A stretch of DNA of 64,000 nucleotides. Source: Eledone cirrhosa. Lineage: Eukaryota. The stretch is taken from the NCBI GenBank assembly GCA_964016885.1, contig OZ024753.1, positions 35,712,001 to 35,776,000 of the forward strand, given 5' to 3'. Of the stretch, positions 58,106 through 64,000 are shown piece after piece; the stretch's first letter is position 1; each line of letters opens with the position of its first letter. The notes beneath the pieces are model-generated. The model made no database searches, was not told the DNA's origin, and was given only the letters and a program-made list of their open reading frames with translations. Made by a program: the position numbers and the translations under genes.

Positions 58106-58224
58106 ACTTCCTTATATGGAAGGGGTACTTCCTTATAAGGAAGAGAGAGAGAGAAGGAAAGAGAGAGGGAGAGAGAATATGGAGACAGAAAAATGTAGGA
58201 GGTTGTAAAGGAAATGAAGGAAGT

Positions 58225-58320
58225 ACCCCTTAACAAGTTCAGCTATTTATTTACCAGACTAAAAATTTTAATTTAGTCCAGAAATAGCCGTCGAAACGGC
58301 TTGAGCTCTGCCGTTGGGGT
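58225..58320 (+). ncRNA. Degenerate inverted copy of the same hammerhead (G5A, C17U), probably inactive
   Basis: ACCCC-UUAACAA-...-GAAACGGC...GCCGUU-GGGGU; reverse-complement copy of 58010-58105 with 6 substitutions. Confidence 0.65.
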
Positions 58321-58468
58321 CATACCTTTTCCTATATATATATATATATATATAACAAAGGAAATGTGGTAAGGAACCAGATGGACCATAACGCACCAAA
58401 GTACTCAATACTTAGGGTAGTAGAGTGGGTAATAGGAACAAGTATGACCCTGAGGGGTCATACTTGTT

Positions 58469-58522
<54 letters not shown>

Positions 58523-58931
58523 TCATTATAGTTTTTTTTAAGGCCATTTTTCCATGCTGGTATGGGTTGGCCAGGATGTTTTGAGGCAATGTTTTACAGC
58601 TAGATGCCCTTCCTGATGCCAATCCCTTTAGCTGCCTTATACGACTCACAGACAGTGTGCCTATTTAAAAAAAAAACCCTGGATATATCCAGCACCACAC
58701 ACAAACACACACATTGATTTGTCACGACAAAAAAGCACCCAGTACTCACTGTAAATGAGGTTGGCACAAGGAAGGGCATCCAGCTGTAGAAACCAAGCCA
58801 AAATCAGTTCTGTATGAACAAGGCATGGTCACCTGACCTAGCATCGCTCACAACAGGATAACTCAGCTAACCCATGTCACCATGGAAAAATGGACGTTAA
58901 ACGGTGATGATGGTGATGATGATGGTGATGG

Positions 58932-58973
<42 letters not shown>

Positions 58974-59057
58974 GAGTTCAAGAATAGACAAGACACACAC
59001 AGAGTTGGAAAAAGAAAAGTCTTATTAGTATCATGCTTGGGAAGAAGTAAATGTGGG

Positions 59058-59097
59058 TTTCGACATGTTGGACATAAATAAGTCCTTCTTCAGGAAA
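59058..59097 (-). ncRNA. Degenerate minimal hammerhead-like motif lacking G12/A13
   Basis: UUUC-CUGAAGA-A-GGAC UUAUUUAU GUCC-[GA missing]AA-CAUG-UC^GAAA. Stems I and II are perfect, with palindromic ACAUGU in the stem III position. Confidence 0.45.
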
Positions 59098-59106
59098 TGG
59101 AGAGTT

Positions 59107-59156
<50 letters not shown>

Positions 59157-59839
59157 GATGGTGGTGGTATTGTTGTTATTAGTGGTGGAGGTGTTGTATG
59201 AAAAATAATTGTTTCTACTTTTGGCACAAGGCCAGCAATTACCCAGTGCATTACTGGTACTTTATTTTATCGACCCCCGTAAGGATGAAAGGCAAAGTCA
59301 ACCTCGGCGGGATTTGAACTCAGAAAATAATGGGTTAGGGTTAGGGTTAGGCACAAGGCCAACAATTTTAGGGAGGGGATGTCGTATTACTGGTACTATT
59401 TTATCAACCTGGTAAGGATGAAAGGCAAAGCTAATCTTGGTAGGATTTGAACTCAGAATGTAAAGAGACAGAACTATATCCTGCAAAGCATGGTGTACGA
59501 TGCTCTACCTATTCTTCCAATCTAATAATTGTTTCTACTTTAGGCACAAGGCCAGTTATTACTCAGTGCATTACTGGTACTTGGTAATTGCTGGCCTTGT
59601 GCCAATCTAATAATAATAATGGTTTCTTATATAGGCACATGGCCAGCAATGTTGGGGGAGGGGAAAGTCGAATAAATCGATCCCGTAAGGATGAAAGGCA
59701 AAGTTAACCTCGGCGAGATTTGAACTCAGATCGTAAAGGGCCGTAACTCTATGCTGCAAAGCATGTTGTCCGACACTACTGATACTGCCAATCTAATATA
59801 ATAATAATAATAAAATAAGAAATAATCTATGTTACTGTT

Positions 59840-61230
59840 GTAGTTGTTGTTGGTGTTGTAGGTGATAGTCTTGCTTGAGTTGGTGTTGTTGTAGTTGGTG
59901 GTGATGGTGGAGTTTGTGGTGATGGTGGAGGTGGTGATGGTGGAGTTTGTGTTGGTGGTGTTGGTGTAGTTGGTGGTGATGGTGGAGGTGGTGTTGTTGT
60001 AGTTGGTGGTGATGGTGTAGTTGGTGGTGGTGTAGTTGGTGGTGATGGTGTAGTTGGTGTTGTTGTAGTTGGTGGTGATGGTGGAGTTGGTGTTGTTGTA
60101 GTTGGTGGTGATGGTGGAGTTGGTGTTGGTGGTGATGGTGATGGTGGTGATGGTGGAGGTGGAGTTGGTGGTGATGGTGGAGTTTGTGTTGGTGGTGATG
60201 GTGTAGTTGGTGGTGGTGTAGTTGGTGGTGATGGTGGAGGTGGTGGTGATGGTGGAGGTGGTGATGGTGTAGTTGGTGGTGGTGTAGTTGGTGGTGATGG
60301 TGGAGTTTGTGTTGGTGGTGGTGATGGTGGAGGTGGTGATGGTGGAGGTGGTGATGGTGTAGTTGGTGGTGATGGTGGAGGTGGTGATGGTGGAGGTGGT
60401 GATGGTGTAGTTGGTGGTGATGGTGGTGATGGTGTTGTTGGTAATGGTGCTGTTGGTGATGGTGTAGTTTGTGTTGGTGGTGATGGCGGTGTGTGTGTAG
60501 TTAGTGATGGTGATGGTGATGATGGTGATGGTGTAGTTTGTGTTGGTGGTGATGGCGGTGTGTGTAGTTAGTCATGGTGTTGGTGGTGATGGTGGTGATG
60601 GCGGCATGTGTAGTTAGTCATGGTGTTGGTGGTGATGGTGGTGTGTGTAGTTAGTGATGGTGTTGGTGATGATGGTGATGGTGTAGTTTGTGTTGGTGGT
60701 GTTGGTGATGATGGTGATGGTGTAGTTTGTGTTGGTGGTGTTGGTGATGATGGTGATGGTGTAGTTTGTGTTGGTGGTGTTGGTGGTGATGGCGGTGTGT
60801 GTAGTTAGTGATGGTGTTGGTGGTGATGGTGATGGTGTAGTTTGTGTTGGTGGTGTTGGTGGTGATGGTGTAGTTTGTGTTGGTGGTGATGGCGGCATGT
60901 GTAGTTGGTGATGGTGTTGGTGATGATGGTGTAGTTGGTGTTGGTGGTGATGGTGGTGATGGCGCTGTGTGTAGTTGGTGATGGTGTTGGTGGGGATGTC
61001 ATTGTTATTTCTGTTGGTGGTGTTGGTGGTGATGGCGGCATGTGTAGTTGGTGATGGTGTTGGTGGTGATGGTGGTGATGGCGGCGTGTATAGTTAGTGA
61101 TGGTGTTGGTGGTGATGGTGGTGATGGCGCTGTGTGTAGTTAGTGATGGTGTTGGTGGGGGATGGCATTGTTATTTCTGCTGGTGTTAGTGTTGGCTGTG
61201 TTGGAGGTGTTGCTGTTGTTTGTGTTGGTA
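59840..61230. repeat. (GGT/GAT/GTT)-based low-complexity satellite
   Basis: Direct observation. Confidence 0.9.
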
Positions 61231-61739
61231 TTGTTGTAGTGATGTGGGAGGAGTGGAGGCTTGTGGTGAGATGGGGAGGGGGGAGTGCAGTGTGGTGAGG
61301 GAAGGTAGATGCTTGTGGTGAGGTGAGGTGGTGGGTGGGTGGGTAAGGTGGGGGCCTTGTTTCTAGAAATTTACAGCCTTTAATCTCTCTCTTCTCTCTC
61401 TTTTTTTTTTAGAGATCTCCACAACAACAAGGCACTGTCTGATAATTTGTTTCCTAATCTCTTTGACAGCTCACCTGAGTAAATTGCTCAAGAGAACACA
61501 CAGCCATTGGAGTGACAGTTAGAGGAGGGAGGGAGGAAGTACAGAGAAATAGAGATAGAGGGGTGGGGTGGGATGAGGTAGAGGGGGTAGAGAGATAGAG
61601 AGGGTGGGTGGGGGGTAGAGTGAGATAGATGGGGTGGAGTGAGATAGAGGGTGGGGGTAGAGAGAAGAATTTTTCCATTTTTTGTTTTTGTTTTTAATGT
61701 CTTTATTGAAAGGGGGTGTTTAAGAGTGTGAGTGTGAGT

Positions 61740-64000
61740 GTGTGCGAGAGAGTGAGAGCGTGAGAGGTAGTGAGAGTGAGTAAGAGTGAGAGAGAGAGAA
61801 ATGTCACTAGTCTTTATGGAAAGTTGGTGGTGAAAGAGAGAGAGAGTGTGTGAGAGAATGAGAGAGAGTGAGAGGTAGTGAGAGTGACAGAGAGAGAAAT
61901 GTCACTAGTCTTTATGGAAAGTTGGTGGTGAAAGAGAGAGAGAGAGTGTGTGAGAATGAGAGAGAGTGAGAGGTAGTGAGAGTGAGTAAGAGTGACAGAG
62001 AGAGAAATGTCACTAGTCTTTATGGAAAGTTGGTGGTGAAAGAGAGAGAGAGTGTGTGAGAGAATGAGAGAGAGTGAGAGGTAGTGAGAGTGACAGAGAG
62101 AGAAATGTCACTAGTCTTTATGGAAAGTTGGTGGTGAAAGAGAGAGAGAGAGTGTGTGAGAATGAGAGAGAGTGAGAGGTAGTGAGAGTGAGTAAGAGTG
62201 ACAGAGAGAGAAATGTCACTAGTCTTTATGGAAAGTTGGTGGTGAAAGAGAGAGAGAGAGTGTGTGAGAATGAGAGAGAGTGAGAGGTAGTGAGAGTGAG
62301 TAAGAGTGACAGAGAGAGAAATGTCACTAGTCTTTATGGAAAGTTGGTGGTGAAAGAGAGAGAGAGTGTGTGAGAGAATGAGAGAGAGTGAGAGGTAGTG
62401 AGAGTGACAGAGAGAGAAATGTCACTAGTCTTTATGGAAAGTTGGTGGTGAAAGAGAGAGAGAGAGTGTGTGAGAATGAGAGAGAGTGAGAGGTAGTGAG
62501 AGTGAGTAAGAGTGACAGAGAGAGAAATGTCACTAGTCTTTATGGAAAGTTGGTGGTGAAAGAGAGAGAGAGAGTGTGTGAGAATGAGAGAGAGTGAGAG
62601 GTAGTGAGAGTGAGTAAGAGTGACAGAGAGAGAAATGTCACTAGTCTTTATGGAAAGTTGGTGGTGAAAGAGAGAGAGAGTGTGTGAGAGAATGAGAGAG
62701 AGTGAGAGGTAGTGAGAGTGAGTAAGAGTGACAGAGAGAGAAATGTCACTAGTCTTTATGGAAAGTTGGTGGTGAAAGAGAGAGAGAGAGTGTGTGAGAA
62801 TGAGAGAGAGTGAGAGGTAGTGAGAGTGAGTAAGAGTGACAGAGAGAGAAATGTCACTAGTCTTTATGGAAAGTTGGTGGTGAAAGAGAGAGAGAGTGTG
62901 TGAGAGAATGAGAGAGAGTGAGAGGTAGTGAGAGTGAGTAAGAGTGACAGAGAGAGAAATGTCACTAGTCTTTATGGAAAGTTGGTGGTGAAAGAGAGAG
63001 AGAGAGTGTGTGAGAATGAGAGAGAGTGAGAGGTAGTGAGAGTGAGTAAGAGTGACAGAGAGAGAAATGTCACTAGTCTTTATGGAAAGTTGGTGGTGAA
63101 AGAGAGAGAGAGTGTGTGAGAGAATGAGAGAGAGTGAGAGGTAGTGAGAGTGAGTAAGAGTGACAGAGAGAGAAATGTCACTAGTCTTTATGGAAAGTTG
63201 GTGGTGAAAGAGAGAGAGAGTGTGTGAGAGAATGAGAGAGAGTGAGAGGTAGTGAGAGTGAGTAAGAGTGACAGAGAGAGAAATGTCACTAGTCTTTATG
63301 GAAAGTTGGTGGTGAAAGAGAGAGAGAGAGTGTGTGAGAATGAGAGAGAGTGAGAGGTAGTGAGAGTGAGTAAGAGTGACAGAGAGAGAAATGTCACTAG
63401 TCTTTATGGAAAGTTGGTGGTGAAAGAGAGAGAGAGAGTGTGTGAGAATGAGAGAGAGTGAGAGGTAGTGAGAGTGAGTAAGAGTGACAGAGAGAGAAAT
63501 GTCACTAGTCTTTATGGAAAGTTGGTGGTGAAAGAGAGAGAGAGTGTGTGAGAGAATGAGAGAGAGTGAGAGGTAGTGAGAGTGAGTAAGAGTGAGAGAG
63601 AGAGAAATGTCACTAGTCTTTATGGAAAGTTGGTGGTGAAAGAGAGAGAGAGTGTGTGAGAGAATGAGAGAGAGTGAGAGGTAGTGAGAGTGAGTAAGAG
63701 TGAGAGAGAGAGAAATGTCACTAGTCTTTATGGAAAGTTGGTGGTGAAAGAGAGAGAGAGAGTGTGTGAGAATGAGAGAGAGTGAGAGGTAGTGAGAGTG
63801 AGTAAGAGTGACAGAGAGAGAAATGTCACTAGTCTTTATGGAAAGTTGGTGGTGAAAGAGAGAGAGAGAGTGTGTGAGAATGAGAGAGAGTGAGAGGTAG
63901 TGAGAGTGAGTAAGAGTGACAGAGAGAGAAATGTCACTAGTCTTTATGGAAAGTTGGTGGTGAAAGAGAGAGAGAGTGTGTGAGAGAATGAGAGAGAGTG
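61740..64000. repeat. ~98-110-bp satellite, ~21 copies, running off the window (core AAATGTCACTAGTCTTTATGGAAAGTTGGTGGTGAAA + GA/GT microsatellite)
   Basis: The core recurs at 61801, 61899, 62007, 62105, 62213, 62321 and onward. Confidence 0.95.

Larger units (their letters stand above)
57913..58473. mobile_element. Penelope-like (pLTR-type) non-autonomous insertions in (TA)n: tail + pLTR + inverted pLTR, then a second tail + short palindrome
   Basis: 119-bp inverted arms (57995-58113 / 58217-58335). ~80-bp tail present twice (from 57913 and from 58354). 19-bp palindrome at 58432-58473. Both insertions are bounded by (TA)n and the arms contain a hammerhead. Confidence 0.6.

Noticed and set aside
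61740-64000. CRISPR-like invariant ~37-bp core with spacers
   Set aside because: The intervening sequences are near-identical GA/GT repeats; this is an ordinary satellite.

Overview
Repeat-dominated animal genomic DNA, not prokaryotic. The SINE/LINE repertoire looks like octopus/coleoid cephalopod, which is an inference. The only host gene I can support is a UBE2G2 (Ubc7-type ERAD E2) orthologue on the minus strand. Four coding exons lie at 34889-34808, 34375-34257, 33240-33100 and 29324-29212, with canonical GT/AG sites and matching phases. I could not find coding exon 1 in the window. The rest is micro/minisatellite (roughly half the window), tRNA-derived SINEs, fragments of RTE, HERO-like and R4/Dong-like non-LTR retrotransposons, TA- and TTAA-type MITEs, and three copies of a ~608-bp element flanked by (TATG)n. 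Almost all long ORFs in the supplied track are microsatellite artefacts. The most notable signal is at ~58 kb: a complete type I hammerhead ribozyme fold on the minus strand (58105-58010) with a compensatory U3:A8 core. It sits in a Penelope-like inverted repeat inserted in (TA)n, next to a second palindromic insertion whose symmetry centre falls at the predicted cleavage site.
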